In this document: piece by piece, positions 10,497 to 21,500 of the stretch
Position numbering within the stretch: position 1 is the first letter of the stretch
Layout of the letters: the number at the start of each line of letters is the position of its first letter
Source of the DNA: Pyrinomonadaceae bacterium
GTDB taxonomy: Bacteria > Acidobacteriota > Blastocatellia > Pyrinomonadales > Pyrinomonadaceae
NCBI GenBank assembly: GCA_046262375.1
Contig: JBHEMV010000001.1
Location: 25,990 to 89,989, forward strand
Length of the DNA stretch: 64,000 bases
Direction of reading: 5' to 3'
Program-made: the position numbers and the translations under genes
The notes under the pieces: model-generated
Seen by the model: the letters and a program-made list of their open reading frames with translations, nothing else
Told to the model about the DNA's origin: nothing
Databases searched by the model: none

Positions 10497-12445
10497 AATT
10501 CGAAGACACCTCGCAAAACCTTCGCGGCAGACTTTGGATCGTCCAGAGCTGCATATTTCTTATGCTTGCTCTCCTGGGAGTCAGGCTCTATTACCTTCAA
10601 CTCGTTCGCGGTCAGTACTACGCCGAGATTGCTCAAAATCAGCGGATTCGCCTCTTGCCAATACCGGCGCCGCGCGGAGTAATATTTGATCGGGATGGAC
10701 ACCCGCTGGTCGACTCACGACCCATATATAACGTCATTCTTTGGCGTGAAGACTTGAGAGATCGCAAACTCCTTTCCCTGGTAAAGCCGCTGTCAGAGGC
10801 GCTTGGGATTGACAGTGAGATCCTTCGCGATCGTTTTGAGCAGATTAGTTCACAACCAGCGTTTGAGTCTATTTTGGTAAAGCAGGATGCGGCTTCCGGA
10901 GACATCGCCTGGGTCGAAGCACACGAGCTGGAATTTCCAGAGTTGCGTGTCGAGCAACAACCCCAGCGTCGTTATCCTCCTAACGGTCTCCTGGCTCATG
11001 TGCTCGGTTATGTGGGCGAGATTAGTCCGGAGCAGTTAAAGCAGTCTTCCTACAGAGAAAAAGGCCTCAAGCCGAGCGATTTAATCGGCCAAAGTGGTCT
11101 CGAGCAAACGTACGATGATTATCTACGCGGCAAGGACGGCTATAGAAAAGTCGTAGTTGATAGCCGCGGTCGCATTCAGGATGAGATCGAAACGGTTCCA
11201 CCACAGCCGGGCCAGGATCTGGTTACCACTATTGATTTAGATCTGCAGGTGGCGGCAGAAGAGCAACTTGGGATCTCCGCGACTAAGCGCGGAGTGATCG
11301 TTGCAATAAATCCAAATAACGGTGAAATCCTTGCTCTTGCGTCTGCACCCACTTTCGATCCGAATCTGTTTTCGCGGATTGGAACCAAAGAAGGACGCGC
11401 TGAATACGTGGCAGTGCTGGAAGATCCGCAAAAGCCCCTGATCAACCGCGCTGTTCAAAGCCGATATCCTCCGGGTTCGACTTGGAAGATACCAATGGCC
11501 ATTGCCGGACTGCAGCAGGGAGCGATAACTATCGAACACTCCAATCTGCTTTGCGGGGGCGGGATACAGGTCGGGAATAAGTTTACGCGCTGCATGGGCA
11601 ACCATGGCACGCCCGAACTGAAAGCCGCAATCACCCATTCCTGCGACGGATATTTTTATCGTTTGGGTCTGAAGATGGGCCTCGATGGCATTATGTCTAT
11701 GGTTGACGAATTTGATTTAAATAAGCGTACCGGAATTGATCTGCCTAACGAAGTACTCAGCATGACCCCCTCGCGCGAGCTTAAGAAACGAATGCAACCG
11801 GAAAACGCCGAATGGAAAGACATCGATACGGTCTACGCCTCATTCGGGCAAGTTTACGACGTGATAACTCCCATCGCGTTGCTCCGTTCAATTGCTGGTA
11901 TCAGCGTCGGCGGAAAGCTGTACGTGCCACACTTGCTTAAAGAACTGAAAGCAGTGGGCGAACCCGCGGCGACCGAATACCGGGCAAGCCGAATCTTCCA
12001 CCCGTTCGACTCTTCACGGCCGAATCCAAAGGTTGTGCCAATTCCCGAAGACATTAATCATAATGTCGTGGAGGGGATGTGGGGGGTAGTTAATAACGGC
12101 GGAACAGGAGCCGGGATACGAATGGCCGGCTTCGACATTGCCGGAAAGACCGGAACGGCTCAGGTCGTCGGTCTCGGCAAAGACGTGGGAAAAAACAAAG
12201 ACCACTCCTGGTTTGTGTCCTATGCCCCGGCTTACAAACCGGAGATCGCTCTGGTGGCCTTGATTGAAAACTCAGGCTTCGGTGGCCACCACGCGGCGCC
12301 GGCCGTTCGTCGTGTGTACGACGTTTACTATCGCAAGACGCGAAATCAAGAGCCGCCCGGCGCGCTACCCGTTGCCAGGGTGACCAAGCCGGAGAATGAG
12401 ACGCTAAAGACACAACCGGACCAGCAGATTGCGCGCAACCAGTGA
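10493..12445 (+). CDS. mrdA: penicillin-binding protein 2 (elongasome transpeptidase)
   Basis: N-terminal TM anchor, an SxxK motif (STWK) and a KTG motif (KTGTA). It has class B PBP length and lies between mreD and rodA. Confidence 0.9.
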   Translation: MKFEDTSQNLRGRLWIVQSCIFLMLALLGVRLYYLQLVRGQYYAEIAQNQRIRLLPIPAPRGVIFDRDGHPLVDSRPIYNVILWREDLRDRKLLSLVKPLSEALGIDSEILRDRFEQISSQPAFESILVKQDAASGDIAWVEAHELEFPELRVEQQPQRRYPPNGLLAHVLGYVGEISPEQLKQSSYREKGLKPSDLIGQSGLEQTYDDYLRGKDGYRKVVVDSRGRIQDEIETVPPQPGQDLVTTIDLDLQVAAEEQLGISATKRGVIVAINPNNGEILALASAPTFDPNLFSRIGTKEGRAEYVAVLEDPQKPLINRAVQSRYPPGSTWKIPMAIAGLQQGAITIEHSNLLCGGGIQVGNKFTRCMGNHGTPELKAAITHSCDGYFYRLGLKMGLDGIMSMVDEFDLNKRTGIDLPNEVLSMTPSRELKKRMQPENAEWKDIDTVYASFGQVYDVITPIALLRSIAGISVGGKLYVPHLLKELKAVGEPAATEYRASRIFHPFDSSRPNPKVVPIPEDINHNVVEGMWGVVNNGGTGAGIRMAGFDIAGKTGTAQVVGLGKDVGKNKDHSWFVSYAPAYKPEIALVALIENSGFGGHHAAPAVRRVYDVYYRKTRNQEPPGALPVARVTKPENETLKTQPDQQIARNQ

Positions 12446-12492
12446 CGTGAGCTGTTGCTGAATTTGCTTACAGACTTTCTGACTACAATTGC

Positions 12493-13614
12493 ATGGTAAC
12501 AATGATTCAAAAAAGGGGCCTGCGCGATTTCGACTGGCTGCTGGCGTTCCTGGCAATCGGCATCGTGTGCTTTGGCACTATCCAAATTCGTCATGCGCAA
12601 CCTACCCAGAACTATTGGGTGAAGCAGCTTATCGGCCTGGCGATTGCGGTGGTGGCGATGCTCCTGGTAGCGTTTAATGATTATCGGAAACTCATTAATA
12701 TCGCGCCTGCGTTCTATGTCTTCGGTCTTATCCTTTTGGTAATCGTCCTCATTCCAGGCATTGGTTTAAAGATTAACGGCCAGCGGGCGTGGATTAAGGT
12801 ACCCGGAATTGGCCAGTTCCAGCCTTCGGAATTTGTGAAAGTTACAACTGCGATGATGCTTGCCCGCTACTTCGGCAAGCACCGCACAGGGGTCTTAACT
12901 CTTAAGGAGATGGCCGTTGGCGGATTCATTCTCGCTTTACCCATTGCGCTGATCCTGCTCGAACATGACGTCGGCTCGGTTCTTACGTACCTGCCAATCC
13001 TGCTCATCGTCCTATTCCTCTCGGCAATACGAATGCGGTACGTGGTCGCTGCCATCGTGTTGGGGGTGCTACTGCTGCCACTGGCTTACTGGGTGGGGGT
13101 GAAGACCCACCTCGTGAAAAACTATCAGCAGGAACGGATAAATGTAATCCTCGATCCCGAAAAGGCAGACCGACGCGGTTTTGGCTACAACACCTGGCAA
13201 TCGATTCTCACCGTGGGTGAAGGCGGACTGCTTGGCTCCGACGCTTCCTCCTCGCACTCCCAAAGCAGCCTTAAGTTTCTGCCGGAACCTCATACCGACT
13301 TTATTTTCGCGGTGACTGCAGGCAACTCCGGCTTCGTGGGTTGCATTCTCGTGATGTTAGCTTATGCGATTTTGCTTTCCAGACTGATCGCCGGAGCAAG
13401 GCGCGCGCCCGATCGGATGGGAATGCTCGTAATTATGGCGATAGTTGCTGGCCTAACGTTTCAGATTTTCATCAACATTGGGATGGAGCTGGGTATATTG
13501 CCAGTGATTGGCGTCCCCCTCCCGCTGATGAGCGCAGGGCTCGCTTCGCTGATCGCGACATTCATCGCGATTGGCTTCGCTATAAGCGTTCAGCTACGAA
13601 GATTCGTAAACTAG
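12493..13614 (+). CDS. rodA: SEDS-family peptidoglycan polymerase RodA
   Basis: Polytopic FtsW/RodA/SpoVE-type protein (LPEPHTDFIFAV, PLPLMSAGLASL) directly downstream of PBP2. Confidence 0.9.
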   Translation: MVTMIQKRGLRDFDWLLAFLAIGIVCFGTIQIRHAQPTQNYWVKQLIGLAIAVVAMLLVAFNDYRKLINIAPAFYVFGLILLVIVLIPGIGLKINGQRAWIKVPGIGQFQPSEFVKVTTAMMLARYFGKHRTGVLTLKEMAVGGFILALPIALILLEHDVGSVLTYLPILLIVLFLSAIRMRYVVAAIVLGVLLLPLAYWVGVKTHLVKNYQQERINVILDPEKADRRGFGYNTWQSILTVGEGGLLGSDASSSHSQSSLKFLPEPHTDFIFAVTAGNSGFVGCILVMLAYAILLSRLIAGARRAPDRMGMLVIMAIVAGLTFQIFINIGMELGILPVIGVPLPLMSAGLASLIATFIAIGFAISVQLRRFVN

Positions 13615-14450
13615 GGACCGTCTGAATTCGTTCGCGTTTGCAACGCCTTAGGTTTATACTCACCTCAGCTCGCCTCTGCGGAGTTTTTCGTTTCGGCACC
13701 AAACGCCTTTGAAACAATAAGCGGCACGAAGAAACTCGATTGAGAGTTCCGTGCTCCCGGCAAGCGAGTAGCGAATTTTTGACGTCGTCCAAACACAAGG
13801 ACGTATCATTCACTTTTACCCAAGGCCGCACGTGGACCAATAGCAAGAACGAGCGTAGCTCAATAAGTCCCGTTGACATCCAAACGAAAAGTACAACAGG
13901 TCGCGAGCACATCCGACAAAGTTGCCGAATGTTCTGATGCCTGCGTTGTTTTATTAAGGCGCTCCCTGTTGCAAGTTTTCTACTGGACGTGCGAAGCGGC
14001 TAGTTAGGCTTCTTTTGAATAGTTCTAGTGACCGTAGCGTTCTGGGCGAGGAAGATCCAGGTCTAAATCAATCGGAGCGCGACCGACCACCCATCGACAA
14101 CCCGCCAACGGGCGTTAGCCTGAGAACACAGGCGATGCAGGGCGTCGTCCGCAGTTGGCCTGCCTTATCGAGCCCGCATGTGTTTTCACGTACGCTGCCA
14201 GAGGGCCGGCCGGCAACTTCCATCCAATCAATCCACTTCAAGACACATGAACGTCTTGCTAACCAGAGGCCCGCGCGCCTCGCTTTTCAGCTTGAAGCGC
14301 GTTGCGGCCACTTTACACTTTTTACTAACGTTTATCGCCACATGAACCACCCAATAACCTGGGATGCAGAGTTGGAGGCTTTTAGGCTTGCTCACAATGC
14401 TGTCAGGCCTACATGTCGGTGGCAGACGTTTCAGGAGACAACGAATACAA

Positions 14451-17168
14451 ATGGCAAAAGAATTAATCGTGAGCGTCAATGGACGTGAAAAGAAGATCGC
14501 GATCATTGAAAACGAAAAGGTTACCGAATTTTACATTGAGCGCGGAGAAGGCAATCAGGGCATAGTGGGCAACATTTACAAAGGTCGCGTCATGCGCGTC
14601 TTGCCCGGAATGCAATCAGCTTTTGTAGACATCGGACTCGAGCGCGATGCGTTTCTTTACGTGTCCGACTTCTTCGACGAGGAAGAAGAGTTTGAGCGAA
14701 TCGTAATAGACAAATCTCAGAAGGGCGACGTGGCGGAGGCCCAACGAGTCGCGGCGGAGCAGATAGCGCTTGGGCGTGTCGAACGCGAACACCACATTGA
14801 AGCCACTCAAGAGCGTGCCGAGCCTCTACGGGAAATGGAGCAGGAAGAACCCGCGATCGAAGCTGAACAGCTCTCGGAACAGTCAACCGAGGCTGGGGAT
14901 GCGGGTAAACGTCGGAGCCGCCGCGGGCGGCGTCGTGGCCGCAGCCAGGAGGGCTGGGAGAATCGCAACGAAGCGGCAAGTTCGAGCAGAGGCCAGATAA
15001 AGGCGGAGGATATTGATACTCCATTTGTCGCGGCAGATCCCTCAATCCGCAGGATCGTTGATGAAGAAGAAACGGCGGCCAACGGGGAGATGTTCAAAGA
15101 TGCACGTTTACAGGAAAGGCTTTTCGATCAAATCCACGCCGGCGAATTTAATCTTGAAGACGACTTTCGCACCGCCGAGGTCGGTTCCGTAATTTCAACT
15201 GCGGACTACCGCGAAGGATCTTTTCAACGCATTGACGACGGCGACGTGGCAGGAATGGTCGATAGTGGGCGGCCTCGAACCCGTGAGCCAATCGCCGCAC
15301 ACATAGAAAGTTTTGTTGATGATGTCAATGACGACACACTTCGAAGAGGTAGTTTTGAGCGAGTGAGCGATGACGAAGAGGCCGAAATCGACTCTAACGC
15401 GAGTAGCTCGAAAATGGCGTCAAGTGAAGAGATTGGCAAACAGTCACGAGAACGTACAAGCTCAAAAAGGTCCAAAGTTGGAAAACTACTCACCGGCTTA
15501 AGCGGAAAAAAGAGGGCTTCCGCCAAACGGTCCTCAACGAAGAAGCCTGCTCAGGAACTTGCTGCGGACGAGCCCGGGGGCAGTGAAGCTCCGGACCATT
15601 CTCCTGGGGTTGACAGCTATTTGGATGCGGACGCCAGCGTTGAGGAGAAAGGCTCTCGCGCTGAGTTTGCCACGCGTCGCGGCGGAAGAAGGCGCCGCCG
15701 CCCCAGTAAACAAAGCGCCGCGGAGGCCCCCGGTTCCGACGCAACTATTGAAGCCGTGCCCGCAAACGGCGAGGACCGCGCGCCTGAGATTGCGGTAGAA
15801 GCAATACCTGAAGAAAAAATGGCGGAAGCTCCCGTTCCTCCAGCCGCTTCAACGAGCGGCCCACGTGACACACGTGATTCTCGCGATAGAGGCCGCGATG
15901 GTCGAGCCCAACGAGGTTCTTCACGGAGAGACCGTCATCAACCGACAATCACGGACCTCTTACGCGAAGGACAGGAGATAATTGTTCAGATTGCCAAGGA
16001 ACCCATCGCCAAAAAAGGCGCGCGCATAACTTCTCATATCGCGCTGCCTGGCCGATTTTTGGTGTATATGCCTACCGTGGAACATGTAGGGGTTTCACGA
16101 AAGATCGAATCCGATAGCGAACGCCAGCGTCTACGCAAGTTAATTACGCAGATTCGCGGAAGTGAAGATATTCCCTCCGGGGGCTTCATTGTTCGCACGG
16201 CCGGCGTAGGAATTAGCGAAGCGGAGTTGCGCGAAGACGTTCGCTATTTGGTGCGCACCTGGCTCGACATTCGCGCGTCGGCCGAGAAAACGAAACCGGC
16301 AACTATGGTCCATAAAGACCTGGATCTCGTCCAGCGCATTCTTCGCGATCAATTGTCAGAGGACTTTGCCGCCATACGCGTAGATTCTGAAGAGGAGTTT
16401 CAGGGCATAGTTGAATTTGTGAATCGCATCCAGCCTCGAATGGTAAAACGCGTCAAGCTTTACACTAAAGATCAACCCATTCTCGAAAACTACGGCGTGC
16501 AAGCCGAGATCGACAAGGCGATCAAGCCCCGCGTATGGCTTAGGTCAGGTGGCTATTTAGTAATCAACCAGACCGAGGCGCTGGTGGCGATTGATGTTAA
16601 TACCGGTAAGTTTGTGGGTCGCGGCAGTGGCCGCCTGGAAGACACTATTACGCGTACTAACCTTGAGGCTGTTGATGAGATTGTTCGACAGATCCGTCTG
16701 CGTGACCTCGGCGGTATCATTGTGCTCGATTTGATAGACATGGAAGAGCGTCGAAACCGCACCAGGGTTATGGGGGCATTGCAGGACGCGCTGCGCAGTG
16801 ATAAGTCGCCGACTAAGGTCCTTTCGTTTAATGATTTCGGGCTGGTGATTATGACTCGAAAGCGCGTGAAGCAATCGCTGGAAAGGACTCTGTGCGCTCC
16901 TTGTCAATATTGTCAGGGCGCTGGCCTGATTAAGTCTCCGCAGACGGTCTGTTATGAGTTACTTGAGGAAGCGCGGACGCTTGGTAGAGCAATGAATGGA
17001 GACAAGTCCAATAAGCAGGCGACCTTGCGTATTAATCCTGAAGTCGCACGCGCGTTGCGCAGCTCTGAAAGGGACGTGTTGAATGAAATCGAGGAGTATC
17101 TAGGGCCCGTCGACATTAACAGCGACCCGGCGGTCCACCAGGAACAGTTTGATTTTGCCTTTATCTAA
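14451..17168 (+). CDS. rne: ribonuclease E/G with a large insertion inside the S1 domain
   Basis: The ATG at 14451 gives MAKELIVSVN. Blocks collinear with E. coli RNase E are: GNIYKGRVMRVLPGMQSAFVDIGLERDAFLYVSD; ITDLLREGQEIIVQIAKEPIAKKGARITSHIALPGRFLVYMP; GFIVRTAGVG; TEALVAIDVNTGKF; RLRDLGGIIVLDLIDM; and the Zn-link-like CAPCQYCQGAG. Confidence 0.85.
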   Translation: MAKELIVSVNGREKKIAIIENEKVTEFYIERGEGNQGIVGNIYKGRVMRVLPGMQSAFVDIGLERDAFLYVSDFFDEEEEFERIVIDKSQKGDVAEAQRVAAEQIALGRVEREHHIEATQERAEPLREMEQEEPAIEAEQLSEQSTEAGDAGKRRSRRGRRRGRSQEGWENRNEAASSSRGQIKAEDIDTPFVAADPSIRRIVDEEETAANGEMFKDARLQERLFDQIHAGEFNLEDDFRTAEVGSVISTADYREGSFQRIDDGDVAGMVDSGRPRTREPIAAHIESFVDDVNDDTLRRGSFERVSDDEEAEIDSNASSSKMASSEEIGKQSRERTSSKRSKVGKLLTGLSGKKRASAKRSSTKKPAQELAADEPGGSEAPDHSPGVDSYLDADASVEEKGSRAEFATRRGGRRRRRPSKQSAAEAPGSDATIEAVPANGEDRAPEIAVEAIPEEKMAEAPVPPAASTSGPRDTRDSRDRGRDGRAQRGSSRRDRHQPTITDLLREGQEIIVQIAKEPIAKKGARITSHIALPGRFLVYMPTVEHVGVSRKIESDSERQRLRKLITQIRGSEDIPSGGFIVRTAGVGISEAELREDVRYLVRTWLDIRASAEKTKPATMVHKDLDLVQRILRDQLSEDFAAIRVDSEEEFQGIVEFVNRIQPRMVKRVKLYTKDQPILENYGVQAEIDKAIKPRVWLRSGGYLVINQTEALVAIDVNTGKFVGRGSGRLEDTITRTNLEAVDEIVRQIRLRDLGGIIVLDLIDMEERRNRTRVMGALQDALRSDKSPTKVLSFNDFGLVIMTRKRVKQSLERTLCAPCQYCQGAGLIKSPQTVCYELLEEARTLGRAMNGDKSNKQATLRINPEVARALRSSERDVLNEIEEYLGPVDINSDPAVHQEQFDFAFI

Positions 17169-17171
17169 ACA

Positions 17172-18170
17172 ATGGGAAGGCTAGGAAACATCTGGAAAAC
17201 AATGCTGGCTGGCGGGGCAGGCGTTGCTGCCCTGGCCGCGCTCAACGCGACTATTAAGCGCAATGCCGGCGATCCTGACGAGAGTGTTCTCGGCGGAGAA
17301 GCCCACTTCTTTCCGTGGAAGCACGGCCGGGTTTTTTACAAAGTTTCCGGACTGAAGGATTCTCGCCCACCGCTGGTTTTCATTCATGGCGTTGGCGCAG
17401 GAGCTTCAAGCTTCATGTGGAGAAAAAACTTTGACGAGCTTGCAAAAGACTTCCGCGTTTATGCCTTCGATCTGCTGGGGTTCGGTTTTTCTGACAAGCC
17501 GGCGACTGCTTCGTATTCTGCTGATCTTTACGTCGAGCTGATTAGCGATTTCATTCGCCAGGTATCGGGTTATCCATGTGATGTTATCGCAAGTTCGCTG
17601 GGAGGAGCCTACGCCATTCGAGTAGCCGATGAACATCCCGAACTAATAAACGCCCTCGTCCTTAATGGGCCCACTGGGTCCGATACGCTGAACCGGCGAC
17701 CCGGCATGGCGGGAGCGGCGTTTTATGGATTGTTGCAGTCGCCGGTCCTCGGCACATCTTTTTACAACGTGATGGCAAGCGAACGAAGTATTCGAGATTA
17801 CGCCAGCGACCATCTGTTCTACGATCATCATTGCGTTACGGATCGACTCGTCGCTAATCTCTACGCCACCAGTCACCAAGCCGGCGCTCAACATGCCATA
17901 GCTGCTTTTCTTTCCGGCTATCTCAATACCGACACCCGATCTCCTTTTTCACGACTCACACAGCCCGTCATTTTGGTGTGGGGGAAACAGGATTCTACGA
18001 CAACTGTAGAGAAAGCGGCTCTGCTGCTCGAGTTAAATCCACGCTCGACCTTACAAGTTTTCGATTACTGCCGAATGATGCCGGAACAGGAGCAGCCGAA
18101 AAAGTTTAATCAGTTGGTTCGTGATGCGTTTATGGTTCGCTCGGCGGCAGCGGGCCTCAAATCATTCTAG
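17172..18170 (+). CDS. alpha/beta-fold hydrolase
   Basis: Oxyanion-type FIHGVGAG motif and nucleophile elbow ASSLGG. It starts 3 nt after the rne stop. Confidence 0.75.
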   Translation: MGRLGNIWKTMLAGGAGVAALAALNATIKRNAGDPDESVLGGEAHFFPWKHGRVFYKVSGLKDSRPPLVFIHGVGAGASSFMWRKNFDELAKDFRVYAFDLLGFGFSDKPATASYSADLYVELISDFIRQVSGYPCDVIASSLGGAYAIRVADEHPELINALVLNGPTGSDTLNRRPGMAGAAFYGLLQSPVLGTSFYNVMASERSIRDYASDHLFYDHHCVTDRLVANLYATSHQAGAQHAIAAFLSGYLNTDTRSPFSRLTQPVILVWGKQDSTTTVEKAALLLELNPRSTLQVFDYCRMMPEQEQPKKFNQLVRDAFMVRSAAAGLKSF

Positions 18171-18545
18171 TCAATGACGCTGAAATTGGGTTACTGGTAG
18201 CATGACAAACTTCACATTGGCCAACAAAAACGGATTATTTCAGCCATTTGGATGGAAGTTGTTAATAAAAGAGCCCAAAGAGCGTGACAAGTCTATTGAC
18301 GTAAAGGCCAAAATCAACGAGAATTCAAAGTCTGGACGAAGGTCCAGCTAATTCCAGGATTAGAAACATTAGACTTCCTCTCACGAATTTCCAATCCAGA
18401 AGCCTCGATTAATAAAATCGAGCGTCCACCCCTAACAGTCACAAAACCGCCTAAAACCGGTTCCGGACACTTACTTTACCTGAAAAAGATCTCCTGGGAG
18501 CTTATTCCCTGAGTGCGTCACATCCCTGAAGACCGAGGATTAGTT

Positions 18546-21500
18546 ATGGAACAACCTTCTTCCCTACCAAAGTTTGAAAAAACGGATCATTCGTCAACGA
18601 ACAATTCTGTCGAAGCCTCAAACATCTCCGCTATTACGGATGCCGGAGTTTTCATGGATGACTTTGCCCAAGCCACGCACGATTTACTGATGGAAGATTC
18701 CGTGAGCAAGCGCGCCTCCTCCGCGCGTAGACTGGCTATTCTGGGCCTTCCGTCGGCATCGCCATACCTAATCGCAGCACTTTTCGATGGCTCCGCCGAA
18801 GTCCGCCAGGCTGCAGCCGAGTCGCTTGGCAGAGTCGGCGATTCTGCAGCCATCGAACCTCTTCAAGATCTACTAGCGCGCGAGACTAGTGATGGCGTGC
18901 TGGAAGCATCGATTTCCGGTGCAATTCGTTCCATTGCGGCGCGTGAAACAAAACTGGTCGGCAGTGAACCAATGGAAGCTACTGGGGTTCATCAGGATTA
19001 TGGCTCACCACATTCCTCGAACTCACTCGGGACAAGTGCTCAGCCGAACGGCAGAAGCGGAATGAGCCAGGCTTACGCTACCCAGGAGGAGCGCCTGCGT
19101 AGCGAAGAACTCGTACTAAGGCAGGCCCAAGATGACCTGGAGCGTCGACGGGCAGAAGCAGAGAGACTTCACCACGTTCAGGGTGAAAACCAACAACTCC
19201 GTACGTTGGACGTTAACCACCGCCAAGCCGAAAACAAAGAGCGACAGACGGGGGAAAAGGAACGAAAGCTCTCGGCGGAAATAGAAGCACTACGAAGGGC
19301 TGAGTCAGAACAAATCCGGCGCATCGAGGAGGCTACCGCCAGGGCACGACGGAGGTCTGCGGAGGAAGGGCGTCACCAACCGGAAACTGATGCGCGGGAC
19401 CGCGCTGCAAAAGAGTCACGGCGATTGGCCGAAGTTCTGAGTAAGGCGGAAGCTGACGCCAAACTCCGGGCTCGGGAAAAGGACCGAGAGGAGGTTGAGT
19501 CGAAGGCACGTCGTGAAAGTGATGAGCACATACAACGTCTCGTAGAGTTGGAAGCCATTCGCGGCAACGCGGAACTAACAGCGCAAAAGCGCGCTGAAAC
19601 GGAACAGCGGCTGAGCGCGGAGATTGAAGCTCTACGGAAGGCGGGAGCGGAGGCACGTCGCCGTGCAGAAGAAGAGGTAGGGCGACTGGCTCAACTAGAA
19701 GCAGCTCGTAGTGCTGCTGAAGCTGAGATTCTGGTGCGAGCCGTGGAAGAACAGCGGCTGAACGCCGAGATTGAAACCGTCAGCGAGGCGGCCGAAGAAC
19801 AGATCAAGCGGATGGAGGAAGCCAAAGCCCGCCTAAGTGCTCTGGAAGAAACACGTCATCGGGCGGAACTAAAGGTTCAACAACGCGCCGACCGAGAGGC
19901 CCGACTTCAAGGTGAAATTGAGGTTCTGCGTCAGGCAAAGCTGGAACAGACTAAACGAATCCAGCAAGCAGAGACAGAAGCAGCTCGTTTGAGCGAGGAA
20001 GAAGCTCGCTTGAAGCAGTCGGTAGAGTTACACCAAAGGGCGCAAGCAGAGGCTCGCGAACGTGCAGCGGAAGAAGCGCGCCTGCAGGCTGAAAGTGAAG
20101 CACGTCGCAGAGCCGATGAGGAAGAACAAAGGCTTAAGAAGTTAGAGGAGATCCGCAGCCAGGCCGAAGCGGCGACGAAAAGGCGAGCGGAAAAAGAGCT
20201 GCTGCTTAGCCATGAAATTGAGGTTCTAAGTGATGCGACAACCGAGCAACTCGAACGAATTGAAAAGCTGGAAACGAATCTTCGCAAGGCTGAGGCAAAA
20301 GCTCGGCAGCGCTCTGAAGAGGAAACCGGTCTATTAGCGGCCCGGGAAGCTCTGCAGAAAGCCGAAACCGAAGCGCGCCGGCAAGCAGCCGAAAAAGAAA
20401 GAGCTCAGACCCAGGCTGAAGCTCATGCCCGTGCTGAGGCAGAAAAACAACGACTAGCGGAACTAGAGGCAATTCGTAGTGAGGCTGAAGCTGAAGCACA
20501 ACAGCGAGCTGAAGTGGAGCAACAAATAAACGCGGGCATTGAAGCGCTGCGCCGAGCCGAAGCGAAACAGTTCAAGCGCATAGAAGAAGCTCAAGCGGAA
20601 GCACGACGGCTGGCCGAGCAGGAAGCTCGGCTGCGGGCAGAAGAAGAAGCCTTCCGCGAAGCGGAAGCTGAAGCGCGTCGACAGGTGGTTGAGGAACAGC
20701 TCGATCGGGAAGCCGCACGGGTGAAACAGCAGGCTCAGGACGAGCAGCAGCGTGTAGCCCAACTGGAGGAGATTCGCAGAGCAGCCACAATTGAGTCACA
20801 ACAACGCACCGAGAAAATGCAGCGACTCAATGCCGAACTAGAGGCCCTTCGCAAAGCCGGAGCAGAACAGTCCAAGCGGGTTCAAGAAGCTGAGGCGCGT
20901 TTACGCGAAGTCGAAGAGGAAGCCCATCTTAAGGCTGAAGAAGAGGAACAACAACTCCGCGACCTTGAAGATGTTCGCAGCCAGGCTGCAGCCAGAGCGC
21001 AGCAGCGACTCGATAGAGAGCAACAGCTAAACGCAGACATCCAAGCGTTAAATAGTCGTATTGAAGAGGCTGAGAATGCTATCTACGCCGGCGAGGAAGC
21101 ACGGCTAGCGGCAGAAGCCGAGCTGCATAGTCGAATTGCCGAGGAAGCGCGGCAACTGGATCAGCTAGAGGATATTCGGAAGCAAGTTGAGGCTCAGTTA
21201 CAACTAAAAGCTGGGCAGACGAAGGAAATCAAGGCTGACATTGCAGCTTTGCGAAAGGCAGAGGCCAAGCGACTCAAAGAAATTGAAAAGCTGGAAGCTC
21301 GGCGCTCGGAAGCCCTGGCTGAGGCGCGCCAGCAGGCGGAGCAGGAAACGCTCTTGCTGGAAGAGCTGGTATCAATTCGCGGCAAAATCGATTCAGACGC
21401 AAAGGCCTGGGCCGAGAAGGAATTGAGCATTAAGTCTGAAATTGAAGCGGTGCGAAAAGCCGAGGTCATTCAACTTAAGAGGATTCAGAAAGTAGAGACA

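Noticed and set aside
14048-14063. GAGGAAGATCCAGGTC resembling the RNase P RNA GAGGAAAGUCCGGGC box
   Set aside because: None of the other universally conserved RNase P blocks (for example ACAGAAACCCGGCUUA) is present nearby, so this is judged a chance resemblance.
13580-14488. ORFs 13580..13912 (minus strand) and 14015..14488 (plus strand) in the rne upstream region
   Set aside because: Their composition is not protein-like and they have no SD. The second overlaps the well-supported rne start. The region is treated as non-coding.
19333-20799. Cluster of antisense/alternate-frame ORFs inside the giant gene
   Set aside because: They are by-products of the GAA/GCN/CGN-rich repeat. Their composition is Ser/Leu/Arg-biased and they have no independent start context.
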